From the NCBI GenBank assembly GCA_016906335.1, contig JADEYG010000001.1, forward strand, positions 992,001-1,056,000: a stretch of 64,000 nt of DNA, written 5' to 3'. The translations under genes were made by a program, and so were the position numbers. Origin of the DNA: Novakomyces olei. Lineage: Eukaryota. The notes beneath the pieces were generated by a model. The model was not told the DNA's origin. It saw nothing but the letters and a program-made list of their open reading frames with translations, and made no database searches. Numbering within the stretch: the first letter of the stretch is position 1; every line of letters starts with the position of its first letter. This document shows positions 43,601-56,611 of the stretch, piece after piece.

Positions 43601-46600
43601 CACGAACGCCCCGGCATCTTTCCAAGCTCTTGCGAACGACACATTACGCGATTGTCTGGATCGCTTTGCTGTTGTATACTTGGACGACATCTTGATCTAT
43701 TCGGACACCGAGGAGGAGCATGTGACGCATGTTCGCGAAGTACTGAAACGACTTCGCAAAGCAAACTTATTTGTGAAACTAGAGAAATGCGAGTTCCACA
43801 CAGACACGACAGAGTTCCTAGGCTTTGTTGTCTCTACGAAAGGAGTGTCTATGGAGAAAGCGAAAGTTGATTCTATTGAGACATGGCCTGAACCCAAGAA
43901 CGCGAAAGACGTTATGTCGTTCTTAGGCCTATCAAATTACTATCGCAGATTTATTGCAAACTACAGCAAAATTACCATCCCTCTCACCCGCTTACTGAAG
44001 AAGGATGCGCAGTTTAATTTCTCCAAGGAGTGCATTGACTCTTTCCAAACTCTGAAGAACGCTTTTCTGGGTGCGCCGATCCTTGCGCATTTCGACCCGC
44101 AGAAGCCAAGTTATTTGGAAACCGACGCATCGGACTTCGCGATCGGTGGGATTCTCTCGCAGAAAGACAACAGCGACGAAATGAGACCCATCGCGTTCTA
44201 CTCGCGAAAAATGACTAGCGCGGAAGTAAACTATGATATCTACGACAAAGAGCTGTTAGCTATTGTCGCATGTCTTCGCGAATGGCGAGTTTACCTGGAG
44301 AGTCCGTTACATCGCACTACAATTTATACGGATCACCGCAATCTCATGTACTTTCTTACAGCAAGAGTACTTAGCCGTAGACAGATGCGATGGTCGCAAT
44401 TGATCGCTTCCTATGATTTCGTTATTGAATACCGTGCTGGAAAGCTAAATCACAAAGCGGATGCCTTGTCTAGGCGAAGCGATTATGTCGGCGATAAGGA
44501 ACAGGAGAAACCAGAGCGAACTATGGCACTATTGGACAGATCGCACTTCCTGTTCGCGACCGTAGAAGATACAGGCATTGATGATCAGATTAAACAATGT
44601 TACGGCAAAGACAAGACTTGCAAGGTTGTCATGGAGGACCTCGGCAAGCAGCCAGTGTCGGAACATCTGCGAAACTACAGTATAAACGAAAAGGGTCTTC
44701 TAACGTTTTCGGGTTTGCTATACATCCCAAACGACAATCGTTTGCGATTAGCTATACTACAGACATGCCATGATTCGCATGTCGCGGGTCACCCTGGCCA
44801 GGCCAAAACGTTGGACTTAGTCATGCGAAACTACTATTGGCCACGCATGCGAAAAGAGATATTTAGCTACGTCGAGTCGTGCGATACTTGTGCGCGAAAC
44901 AAGCCTTCGCGACATGCACCGTATGGACTACTACACCCACTGAGAGTACCAGCGAGACCCTGGGAAAGTATCTCAATGGACTTCATTGTGAAATTACCGG
45001 AGTCGCGCGATGCGATTACACAAAAAACCTACGACTCCATATGGGTAATCACCTGTCGATTTACGAAAATCGGAATATTTATACCAATACGCGAATCTAT
45101 TAAGGCTACTGAGCTAGCTTTGATTTACGCCCATCGCGTATTTGCCAACTATGGCCTACCAGACGAAATAGTCTCTGACAGGGGTTCGGTATTTGTATCG
45201 CAGTTTACACGACACTTGCTTTCGCAATGCGATATACAGCAGAAGTTGTCTACCGCGTACCACCCACAGAGCGACGGCCAAACAGAGAGGCTTAACCAGA
45301 TCTTAGAGCAATATCTGAGGATCTACAGCAACTATCAGCAAAGCAATTGGGTCAATTTGTTACCTTTTGCTCAATTCGCGTACAACAATTCAGAGCAGTC
45401 GTCTACAAAGACAACACCGTTTTACGCTTTTTACGGCTACAACCCGAAATGTCGCTTTACGATTTCATCTTAGCGACAATGCCCATCCGCGGATGAACGT
45501 ATCGAATACCTACGGAATCTACATCGCTTATTGAAAGTCGAAATCGAAAAGTCTCTCAGCGACCAGGCGCGCTTTGCAAATGAGCATCGCGTCGACAAAA
45601 GTTTTGCTATTGGCGATCAAGTCTGGCTAGTGCGAAAAATATTAGCACTACGCGGCCATGCGATAAGCTGGATGCCAAGAAGCTGGGACCGTTTAGGATT
45701 ATCGCACGCGTTGGTTTGCGTGCATATCGCTTGGAACTACCGAAGGCAATGCGTATACATCCTGTCTTCCACGCTTCATTGCTAGAGCGACATAACGCAG
45801 TGTCGCAGATCGCGCGAGAACAGATCGCGCCACCACCTCCAGTTATATTGGATGCTAACCCGGAATGGGAAGTCGAGCAAGTTCTAGACTCGCGCATCCG
45901 ACGCAAGCAACTTCAATATTATGTGCATTGGAAAGGCTACGACGCCTCCGACCGCACGTGGGAGCCTGCGAAACATTTACACAACTGCATGGATTTGGTA
46001 AACGAATTCCACCGTGCACACCCGAACAAACCTGGTTCTTAAATGGGAATGCTAAGCGAGCTCCCTATTCGGGCGACGACCTTCAACTTTCGTCACCCAC
46101 GCGAAACTAAGACTCAACTCTTAAAGTGATTTATTGATTTATTGATTATACCGCGATTATTATTGTTTAAATTATTACGAGAAAATTATACAAAAACATA
46201 TTCAATTACTTGTCGAACAAATAATATGGGACAACGCAAGGAGGAATGGCTGTTGAGTCACGCACACAATTACGGACGAGCGGCACGGAGCGAAAGAATC
46301 TCGCGCTCCAACGCACGGTTGCGGCGCTCGAGGCGAGCGATAGTCGCATCGCGCTGGGCCAGCGCACTCGAAACCGAACCGACGATCGAATTTGTTGACG
46401 GAGGACCGTCATCGGCAATTACATGCACCTCGAATGGTGCCTGACGTCTTTCCTCCTGCGCTCGCTGTCGCGCGCGACGTCTTTCGCGGCGACGCTGCAG
46501 CTCCTCGCGCTCTCTCACACGCTGTTCTTCACGCGCGGCAACAAGGCGCTCGTTCTCCTCATTGTCATGAAGAAAACGGCCTCCTTCGCAACGGGTGCGA

Positions 46601-47595
46601 CGTGCCGCGCAGACCATACAGCGACGCACAAACGGTGCAGTGCCGAGAACGAAGCGGCACGGCAAAGAGTTTGCCACGCAATACTCGCAGGGCACGATAG
46701 CATCTCTGACATGAACAAGCGACATGTTGTTGTTGATCCGGAACGCAGAGCGAAAATTCTTGTTTTGCATCCGCAAATTACTTTATATTACTTAGATAGT
46801 TTTATTGCCGAAAGCGCACTTATATAGCAGTCTAGTAGCTAACGTGGTTTTCATAGGCGCGGAGACCTCGCCCTAGAAAGGGGGGATAGTGTCATGATCC
46901 CCGCCTCGCGTGAACCACGACAGCGAACGACGCCTGAAGTCCTGTAGCGCCAAAGGCGATGACTTCAGGCTAGATAGATCTAAATAGCTCGCGCGAGGTA
47001 ATGTTGGACATTACTCGCGCGAAGCGCGTAAGTGGCCTAGCTCGCGAGCAGGTTGGACCTGGCTCGCGCGAAGCAGGTCCACGTCCATGCCCGCGCGACG
47101 TAGGCACGTCGCGGCGCATGACAGTAGTAGTAGCGATCGCGCATCGCTACGAAGCTAGATAGATCGATCCATAGAGTTCATAGCTCGCCACCGCTTTCCC
47201 AATGCGGATGGTCTGGGACCATCGCATTGAGATCGTGGTGGGATGAGGCTTAGGCCGCGAAGTGGCTAAGCGAGCCGCTAAGCCTCATAGGATAGTCTAC
47301 ATAGTCGCCCATGGAGAGAACTCTCTCCACGGGCTTATAATCTCAAAGTTGCTACATAGCCTTGTAGCAGGTAAGCTTTAGAGAAGCGCCGTCGCCTTTT
47401 CAAGGACAACGTCCTTTTCCTTTTCCTTAGTTCTTGCGCCGGGCGCAAGTCTACGTTCCCGTTTCTCGGTACTCGCTTCGCGCGGTAACCGATTGAACTT
47501 CCTTTGTCGAGCGGTCTCGCAAAGGACAGTCCGTGTTCGCCTGTAGCGACACGCGAGTTTACACCGCGGTGCTCCCCTCTAAGGGCCACCTTACA
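40696..47595 (+). mobile_element. Full-length chromovirus D, copy 1; 706-bp LTRs 40696-41401 and 46890-47595; TSD CAAGG
   Basis: gag 41571-42517 (1-bp deletion near 41650) and pol to 46042 (TAG at 45471-45473, frameshift near 45638). PPT AGAAAGGGGGGA. Confidence 0.96.
46270..46725 (-). CDS. Antisense Zn2Cys6-like + coiled-coil protein (D1)
   Basis: ATG MSLVHV; C-x2-C-x6-C-x12-C-x2-C-x6-C; R/E-rich helix; minus-strand TATATAA near 46820. Confidence 0.75.
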   Translation of the reverse strand: MSLVHVRDAIVPCEYCVANSLPCRFVLGTAPFVRRCMVCAARRTRCEGGRFLHDNEENERLVAAREEQRVREREELQRRRERRRARQRAQEERRQAPFEVHVIADDGPPSTNSIVGSVSSALAQRDATIARLERRNRALEREILSLRAARP

Positions 47596-49359
47596 CAAGG
47601 TTTACTATGCTGCGTCGTTTTTGAAGGGGCCCGCGTTTTCGTGGTTCGAGCCATTCTTGAGGGCTGAACCAGAACCGGAGATTTTGTCGAGTTACGATAT
47701 ATTCGTGACGGAACTTACGCAAGCGTTCGGAGACGTAGATACGTCAATATCTGCGGAAAGAGAACTTCGGAACCTGCGACAAGTCGGATCGGTATCAAAT
47801 TACATGTCATGATCCTCGCCTTGGCGAGTCCCTGACAACCGCGTTGGGAAGCGAGGGGCGACGCCTGTAGTCGGACTTGGGATGTCCGCGCGTCGCAAGC
47901 TTCGCCAACGCGGCCCAAGACCAGTCGGCGCGTAATGCGATGGTCTTGGGACGTAGAAGTTGTCTTAGTGCGCATGTAGGTACGCGCACTAAGCCAGCTT
48001 GGCCCACGGGAGCGAGGGGCTCTATGCACAATGTGCACGGACCTCGCTTCCCGTTCTCATTCTCGCACGCTAGCGAGTGCGACCCTTCGCACTCCGCTAG
48101 CGCGAGAACATTCATAGTTATTTCATAGATTAGTTTAGGCTGAGAGCTTCCCTCTCTAACTTGTGCGACCTTCGCATAAGTTAGCTTGGGAAGAGTAGTT
48201 TAGAATGCGAAGGAGCATCCGCTCCTCCGCAACTTAGTTTAGTTTATAGTTGCCCGTGAAGGCCTCTCGCCCTTCACGGGTTGATTATCTCAAAGTGGGA
48301 GTAATATATTATATTACTCCTGGTAAGCTTTACAGTAATCGCTTTCTGCTTTCCTGGTCTTTCTTATTCCTTTACTTTATTTAAACTATACACGGCCGGC
48401 CTCCAGCGATTGTAGCTGTAAGGACCGTCTTACACTATAATCAACCCGTCCCGGTCGTTGAAGTTTGAAGTTTTTTGGAATTGTGTCATGATCCCCGCCT
48501 CGCGTGAACCACGACAGCGAACGACGCCTGAAGTCCTGTAGCGCCAAAGGCGATGACTTCAGGCTAGATAGATCTAAATAGCTCGCGCGAGGTAATGTTG
48601 GACATTACTCGCGCGAAGCGCGTAAGTGGCCTAGCTCGCGAGCAGGTTGGACCTGGCTCGCGCGAAGCAGGTCCACGTCCATGCCCGCGCGACGTAGGCA
48701 CGTCGCGGCGCATGACAGTAGTAGTAGCGATCGCGCATCGCTACGAAGCTAGATAGATCGATCCATAGAGTTCATAGCTCGCCACCGCTTTCCCAATGCG
48801 GATGGTCTGGGACCATCGCATTGAGATCGTGGTGGGATGAGGCTTAGGCCGCGAAGTGGCTAAGCGAGCCGCTAAGCCTCATAGGATAGTCTACATAGTC
48901 GCCCATGGAGAGAACTCTCTCCACGGGCTTATAATCTCAAAGTTGCTACATAACCTTGTAGCAGGTAAGCTTTAGAGAAGCGCCGTCGCCTTTTCAAGGA
49001 CAACGTCCTTTTCCTTTTCCTTAGTTCTTGCGCCGGGCGCAAGTCTACGTTCCCGTTTCTCGGTACTCGCTTCGCGCGGTACCCGATTGAACTTCCTTTG
49101 TCGAGCGGTCTCGCAAAGGACAGTCCGTGTTCGCCTGTAGCGACACGCGAGTTTACACCGCGGTGCTCCCCTCTAAGGGCCACCTTACACTATTATAAGC
49201 CCGTGAGCTCGTCTAAGCTACAGATTTACACGGCGTTGAAAGGTGTCACGCACGGAGGCGTACACAAATTTCGATTTACAAGTTTTATTTCGCACTAAGT
49301 TGTTGCGACGAAGGGTGCTTTGCTACGGTTTAGCAGCACAAACGAATTATTGAATTACG

Positions 49360-50307
49360 ATGAGTCAAGAGGACTTGAACGCGTTTCTGCAGACGCTGCA
49401 GGCGCAGATCGCGTCGCTCCAAGAGGAGCGCGTTAAGGACAAATCGGTTATTGAAGGCCTTCGCCAGGAAATGGGATCCCGGGGATCTCGACGATCAGGA
49501 GTCAGCGAAGGGCCAAGCATTTCGAAGCCGGATACATTCAGAGGCGATCGCAGATCGGTGGATACTTTCCTTGCACAGGTTCGCTTATACGTGAGACTCA
49601 AGCCACATGAGTTTCGCAACGACGAAGCGAAGGTCCTGTTTGCGGTATCTTATCTGCGCGGTGCCGCTTTTGCGTGGTTTGAACCCCACTTGCGCGACCA
49701 CGATGAAAGCCTAATTACCAGTGACTTTGCCCTGTTTTGCGACGAGCTCTCCACGACATTTGGGAGCGTCGACCGCATTAGTCAGGCTGAGCGGGAGCTA
49801 GCATTGCTCAAACAGCGAGGATCTGTTGCTGAGTATACTTCGCGTTTTCAGCAGATCACTTCGCACTTGGATTTTAGCGATCACAGTTTACGCTACGAAT
49901 ATTATCAAGGATTGAAAGATCGAATTAAGGACGAATTATCTCGGTTGGAAAAATCGCGTACATTGTCAGACTTAATTGAGAAGTCTGTACGCGTGGACGA
50001 AAGGTTGTCGGATCGTTACTACGAAAGCGCTAGCCGTACGAACGCCAAGGGCGCTTCAGGCTATAGGGGCGCGACGATCGCGAACAAAGGATACACTCCC
50101 ATGGAGGTAGATGCTACCAGTTACGAAAAGAAGAGCATTACCAGCGACGAACGCCAGCGTCGAAAGAAAGAGAACAGATGTTTTACGTGCGGACGCGAAG
50201 GTCATCGCGCACGTGATTGCAAACAGAAGCAACGCAATTATGAGCAACGCATCTCGGTGGTTATGGACAGTATCACGGAACCGGGAAAAGCGAGAGCCCA
50301 GGTCTAA
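49360..50307 (+). CDS. Gag (D2)
   Basis: AVSYLRGAAFAWF, LKQRGSVAEY, PMEVD, CFTCGREGHRARDC. Confidence 0.93.
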   Translation: MSQEDLNAFLQTLQAQIASLQEERVKDKSVIEGLRQEMGSRGSRRSGVSEGPSISKPDTFRGDRRSVDTFLAQVRLYVRLKPHEFRNDEAKVLFAVSYLRGAAFAWFEPHLRDHDESLITSDFALFCDELSTTFGSVDRISQAERELALLKQRGSVAEYTSRFQQITSHLDFSDHSLRYEYYQGLKDRIKDELSRLEKSRTLSDLIEKSVRVDERLSDRYYESASRTNAKGASGYRGATIANKGYTPMEVDATSYEKKSITSDERQRRKKENRCFTCGREGHRARDCKQKQRNYEQRISVVMDSITEPGKARAQV

Positions 50308-53300
50308 AAGAAAGGCCTGATCTGGGCGTTAATGACACGAGGCTTTCGGAGGTGATGTCAGTGGTACCCGAACCTGACAGAGGAATACATCTCACAGTTA
50401 CTGCAAATTTGAGAACTAGCAAGGGCCAGCTGGACGCGAAGGCGCTGATCGACTCAGGCGCGACGTCGAATTTTATCAGCCAGAGCCTTGCTACGAGAAG
50501 CATAATCGATATAACGAAGAAGGCGAAGATTGAGCCACTACGAGTTGTGGATGGAAGAGCGATTCGCACCGGAGGTGTTCGCTTCCAGACTGAAAACATG
50601 GAGGTCACCATAGGCGAACATCGCGAGACTATGATGTTTAACTGATACCGCTCTCTGGACACGACGTTATTTTAGGAAAGCCATGGCTCGACAAACATGA
50701 GCCAAGGATTGCATGGAGACGTGCAAAAGTCGAATTCGAGTCTTCCTATTGCTTAGCAAACTGCCTCAAGAAGCCCGAGGCACAAGACGAACCATCGCAA
50801 ATCAGTGCGACGGAATTTGCTAAGCTATCGCGAGGCAACGACTCGGGATTGCTGTGCGTATACGCGACCGACGCTAAAAGCGAGGACAAAAACGTCGCTA
50901 TACCTCCCGAGTATGCAGACTTTCGCGATCTTTTTGAGAAAAGAAATGCAGACATTCTACCACAGCATCAGGCGTGGGATCACGCAATACCGTTGACAGA
51001 AGGCGCGAAGCCGCCGTTCGGGCCTATATATCCTCTGGCCGAACGCGAGCTACAAACACTACGCGACTACATTAAAGACAATCTAGCGAAGGGATTCATT
51101 AGGCCGTCTTCATCGCCCGCGGGGGCTCCAATTCTTTTTGTGAAAAAGAAGGACGGTTCGCTGAGACTGTGCGTAGATTATCGCGGGCTAAACGCGGTAA
51201 CTGTCAAAAATCGCTATGCGCTGCCGCTCATATCGGAGCTATTGGATCGCATTCGTCAGTCGACGATATTTACGCGATTAGATCTCCGTGGCGCGTATAA
51301 TCTTGTCCGTATACGCGAAGGCGACGAGTGGAAAACCGCCTTCCGTACGCGTTATGGACATTACGAATATCAGGTTATGCCTTTCGGGCTCACGAACGCC
51401 CCGGCATCTTTCCAAGCTCTTGCGAACGACACATTACGCGATTGTCTGGATCGCTTTGCTGTTGTATACTTGGACGACATCTTGATCTATTCGGACACCG
51501 AGGAGGAGCATGTGACGCATGTTCGCGAAGTACTGAAACGACTTCGCAAAGCAAACTTATTTGTGAAACTAGAGAAATGCGAGTTCCACACAGACACGAC
51601 AGAGTTCCTAGGCTTTGTTGTCTCTACGAAAGGAGTGTCTATGGAGAAAGCGAAAGTTGATTCTATTGAGACATGGCCTGAACCCAAGAACGCGAAAGAC
51701 GTTATGTCGTTCTTAGGCCTATCAAATTACTATCGCAGATTTATTGCAAACTACAGCAAAATTACCATCCCTCTCACCCGCTTACTGAAGAAGGATGCGC
51801 AGTTTAATTTCTCCAAGGAGTGCATTGACTCTTTCCAAACTCTGAAGAACGCTTTTCTGGGTGCGCCGATCCTTGCGCATTTCGACCCGCAGAAGCCAAG
51901 TTATTTGGAAACCGACGCATCGGACTTCGCGATCGGTGGGATTCTCTCGCAGAAAGACAACAGCGACGAAATGAGACCCATCGCGTTCTACTCGCGAAAA
52001 ATGACTAGCGCGGAAGTAAACTATGATATCTACGACAAAGAGCTGTTAGCTATTGTCGCATGTCTTCGCGAATGGCGAGTTTACCTGGAGAGTCCGTTAC
52101 ATCGCACTACAATTTATACGGATCACCGCAATCTCATGTACTTTCTTACAGCAAGAGTACTTAGCCGTAGACAGATGCGATGGTCGCAATTGATCGCTTC
52201 CTATGATTTCGTTATTGAATACCGTGCTGGAAAGCTAAATCACAAAGCGGATGCCTTGTCTAGGCGAAGCGATTATGTCGGCGATAAGGAACAGGAGAAA
52301 CCAGAGCGAACTATGGCACTATTGGACAGATCGCACTTCCTGTTCGCGACCGTAGAAGATACAGGCATTGATGATCAGATTAAACAATGTTACGGCAAAG
52401 ACAAGACTTGCAAGGTTGTCATGGAGGACCTCGGCAAGCAGCCAGTGTCGGAACATCTGCGAAACTACAGTATAAACGAAAAGGGTCTTCTAACGTTTTC
52501 GGGTTTGCTATACATCCCAAACGACAATCGTTTGCGATTAGCTATACTACAGACATGCCATGATTCGCATGTCGCGGGTCACCCTGGCCAGGCCAAAACG
52601 TTGGACTTAGTCATGCGAAACTACTATTGGCCACGCATGCGAAAAGAGATATTTAGCTACGTCGAGTCGTGCGATACTTGTGCGCGAAACAAGCCTTCGC
52701 GACATGCACCGTATGGACTACTACACCCACTGAGAGTACCAGCGAGACCCTGGGAAAGTATCTCAATGGACTTCATTGTGAAATTACCGGAGTCGCGCGA
52801 TGCGATTACACAAAAAACCTACGACTCCATATGGGTAATCACCTGTCGATTTACGAAAATCGGAATATTTATACCAATACGCGAATCTATTAAGGCTACT
52901 GAGCTAGCTTTGATTTACGCCCATCGCGTATTTGCCAACTATGGCCTACCAGACGAAATAGTCTCTGACAGGGGTTCGGTATTTGTATCGCAGTTTACAC
53001 GACACTTGCTTTCGCAATGCGATATACAGCAGAAGTTGTCTACCGCGTACCACCCACAGAGCGACGGCCAAACAGAGAGGCTTAACCAGATCTTAGAGCA
53101 ATATCTGAGGATCTACAGCAACTATCAGCAAAGCAATTGGGTCAATTTGTTACCTTTTGCTCAATTCGCGTACAACAATTCAGAGCAGTCGTCTACAAAG
53201 ACAACACCGTTTTACGCTTTTTACGGCTACAATCCGAAATGTCGCTTTACGATTTCATCTTCGCGACAATGCCCATCCGCGGATGAACGTATCGAATACC

Positions 53301-53833
53301 TACGGAATCTACATCGCTTATTGAAAGTCGAAATCGAAAAGTCTCTCAGCGACCAGGCGCGCTTTGCAAATGAGCATCGCGTCGACAAAAGTTTTGCTAT
53401 TGGCGATCAAGTCTGGCTAGTGCGAAAAAATATTAGCACTACGCGGCCATGCGATAAGCTGGATGCCAAGAAGCTGGGACCGTTTAGGATTATCGCACGC
53501 GTTGGTTTGCGTGCATATCGCTTGGAACTATCGAAGGCAATGCGTATACATCCTGTCTTCCACGCTTCATTGCTAGAGCGACATAACGCAGTGTCGCAGA
53601 TCGCGCGAGAACAGATCGCGCCACCACCTCCAGTTATATTGGATGCTAACCCGGAATGGGAAGTCGAGCAAGTTCTAGACTCGCGCATCCGACGCAAGCA
53701 ACTTCAATATTATGTGCATTGGAAAGGCTACGACGCCTCCGACCGCACGTGGGAGCCTGCGAAACATTTACACAACTGCATGGATTTGGTAAACGAATTC
53801 CACCGTGCACACCCGAACAAACCTGGTTCTTAA
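50283..53833 (+). CDS. Pol (D2), -1 frame relative to gag: PR-RT-RH-IN-chromodomain, one frameshift
   Basis: LIDSGA, YLDD, ETDASD, SDGQTER, GPF, WEVEQVLD..YYVHWKGY..TWEP. Confidence 0.9.
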
Positions 53834-54060
53834 ATGGGAATGCTAAGCGAGCTCCCTATTCGGGCGACGACCTTCAACTTTCGTCACCCACGCGAAACTA
53901 AGACTCAACTCTTAAAGTGATTTATTGATTTATTGATTATACCGCGATTATTATTGTTTAAATTATTACGAGAAAATTATACAAAAACATATTCAATTAC
54001 TTGTCGAACAAATAATATGGGACAACGCAAGGAGGAATGGCTGTTGAGTCACGCACACAA

Positions 54061-54516
54061 TTACGGACGAGCGGCACGGAGCGAAAGAATCTCGCGCTCC
54101 AACGCACGGTTGCGGCGCTCGAGGCGAGCGATAGTCGCATCGCGCTGGGCCAGCGCACTCGAAACCGAACCGACGATCGAATTTGTTGACGGAGGACCGT
54201 CATCGGCAATTACATGCACCTCGAATGGTGCCTGACGTCTTTCCTCCTGCGCTCGCTGTCGCGCGCGACGTCTTTCGCGGCGACGCTGCAGCTCCTCGCG
54301 CTCTCTCACACGCTGTTCTTCACGCGCGGCAACAAGGCGCTCGTTCTCCTCATTGTCATGAAGAAAACGGCCTCCTTCGCAACGGGTGCGACGTGCCGCG
54401 CAGACCATACAGCGACGCACAAACGGTGCAGTGCCGAGAACGAAGCGGCACGGCAAAGAGTTTGCCACGCAATACTCGCAGGGCACGATAGCATCTCTGA
54501 CATGAACAAGCGACAT
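54061..54516 (-). CDS. Antisense Zn2Cys6-like + coiled-coil protein (D2)
   Basis: Same translation as 46270-46725. Confidence 0.75.
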   Translation of the reverse strand: MSLVHVRDAIVPCEYCVANSLPCRFVLGTAPFVRRCMVCAARRTRCEGGRFLHDNEENERLVAAREEQRVREREELQRRRERRRARQRAQEERRQAPFEVHVIADDGPPSTNSIVGSVSSALAQRDATIARLERRNRALEREILSLRAARP

Positions 54517-55678
54517 GTTGTTGTTGATCCGGAACGCAGAGCGAAAATTCTTGTTTTGCATCCGCAAATTACTTTATATTACTTAGATAGTTTTATTGCC
54601 GAAAGCGCACTTATATAGCAGTCTAGTAGCTAACGTGGTTTTCATAGGCGCGGAGACCTCGCCCTAGAAAGGGGGGATAGTGTCATGATCCCCGCCTCGC
54701 GTGAACCACGACAGCGAACGACGCCTGAAGTCCTGTAGCGCCAAAGGCGATGACTTCAGGCTAGATAGATCTAAATAGCTCGCGCGAGGTAATGTTGGAC
54801 ATTACTCGCGCGAAGCGCGTAAGTGGCCTAGCTCGCGAGCAGGTTGGACCTGGCTCGCGCGAAGCAGGTCCACGTCCATGCCCGCGCGACGTAGGCACGT
54901 CGCGGCGCATGACAGTAGTAGTAGCGATCGCGCATCGCTACGAAGCTAGATAGATCGATCCATAGAGTTCATAGCTCGCCACCGCTTTCCCAATGCGGAT
55001 GGTCTGGGACCATCGCATTGAGATCGTGGTGGGATGAGGCTTAGGCCGCGAAGTGGCTAAGCGAGCCGCTAAGCCTCATAGGATAGTCTACATAGTCGCC
55101 CATGGAGAGAACTCTCTCCACGGGCTTATAATCTCAAAGTTGCTACATAACCTTGTAGCAGGTAAGCTTTAGAGAAGCGCCGTCGCCTTTTCAAGGACAA
55201 CGTCCTTTTCCTTTTCCTTAGTTCTTGCGCCGGGCGCAAGTCTACGTTCCCGTTTCTCGGTACTCGCTTCGCGCGGTACCCGATTGAACTTCCTTTGTCG
55301 AGCGGTCTCGCAAAGGACAGTCCGTGTTCGCCTGTAGCGACACGCGAGTTTACACCGCGGTGCTCCCCTCTAAGGGCCACCTTACAAATTGTTTGTGTTT
55401 TATTTCCTTCGGATTCGAGAGAGTTTCGGACGTCGAGTCAAAGACGCGGTTCGGTACTTATTTTTACGGATTTTTACGGAAGTTAAAACGGTTAAAGCGT
55501 CGAGTGAAGGACGTGGATTCGAGTTTGAGAATTTTGAGTTATCGAGTGTTCCGGTGAAACACAGTTATTTTGAGTTATTGAGTATCGGCTTGGATAGTCG
55601 ACGATTGAGTGAACAATTTACGAAGAACGGTTCTGGAAGAACGATTACGATTACGAGTTTTGCGGTACAAGGGACAAG

Positions 55679-56611
55679 ATGTCGCAAGAGGAGCTTAACA
55701 CCTTTTTGCAATCCCTGCAAACTCAGATTGCCGAGTTGAAGGCAGAGAACGAGAAAGGGCGATCGCACATTGCGCATCTGACCCAGGAGATCGGTTCGCG
55801 AGCTAAGAGAGCCCCGACGAGTGACGGACCAGCGGTGATGAAGCCCGACGCGTTTCGTGGGGACCGCAAAATGGTCGAGAATTTTTTGGCGCAGCTTCGC
55901 CTTTACATCATGTTGAAACCGCACGAGTTTCGCGACGAGCGTTCGAAGGTTTTGTTCGCAGCTTCGTATTTGCGGGACGCCGCATTTGCGTGGTTCGAAC
56001 CACACCTTCGCAACAACGACTTCGCTTCGGTAGTACCTACTTTTGAAGCCTTTTGCGAAGCGTTGGCCGCGAATTTCGGCAAGGTCGACAGGGTGAGTCA
56101 GGCGCAAAGAGAGTTAGCCGCCTTGAGACAACGTGGATCAGCAGCATCTTATGCAAGCATTTTTCAAAGAATTGCTTCGTACTTGGATTTCAATGACAGT
56201 GCGCTGACGTTCATGTATTATCAGGGGCTGAAGGATCGCATCAAGGATGAGCTTTCCAGGATGGACAGACCCCGCACTTTGAATGAAATGATTGAGATAT
56301 CAGTTCGCGTGGATGGAAGAATATCCGACAGGCACATCGAGAGTGCAAGCCGCGGTTCCGTGAAATATTCCAACAACCGCCCGGCTGCAAACGCGAGTAC
56401 AAGTTTTACTCCTATGGATGTGGACGCGATTAGTTTGGAAAAGGAGGATGACAACCATCGCAAAAGCAACATCAAATGCTTTAACTGTGGACGCGTGGGT
56501 CATCGAGCAAGAGAATGCAAGCAGAAGAAGAAGACGTACAATCAGCAACACGTCGCTGCATTCACGCACGAATTTTCCGATTTGGGAAAAGCGAACGCCC
56601 AGGTCCAATGA
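55679..56611 (+). CDS. Gag (family A)
   Basis: AASYLRDAAFAWF, PMDVD, CFNCGRVGHRAREC. Confidence 0.93.
   Translation: MSQEELNTFLQSLQTQIAELKAENEKGRSHIAHLTQEIGSRAKRAPTSDGPAVMKPDAFRGDRKMVENFLAQLRLYIMLKPHEFRDERSKVLFAASYLRDAAFAWFEPHLRNNDFASVVPTFEAFCEALAANFGKVDRVSQAQRELAALRQRGSAASYASIFQRIASYLDFNDSALTFMYYQGLKDRIKDELSRMDRPRTLNEMIEISVRVDGRISDRHIESASRGSVKYSNNRPAANASTSFTPMDVDAISLEKEDDNHRKSNIKCFNCGRVGHRARECKQKKKTYNQQHVAAFTHEFSDLGKANAQVQ

Larger units (their letters stand above)
48484..55386 (+). mobile_element. Full-length chromovirus D, copy 2; LTRs 48484-49189 and 54681-55386; TSD AATTG
   Basis: gag 49360-50307 is intact; pol to 53833 has a 1-bp deletion near 50643. Nearly identical to D1. Confidence 0.96.

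Noticed and set aside
41640-50650. Single-base deletions in D1 and D2 (also C ~27746-27776 and B ~13875) as programmed frameshifts
   Set aside because: In D and C they differ between near-identical copies, and several lie in homopolymers. They are more likely decay or sequencing errors and need a read check.
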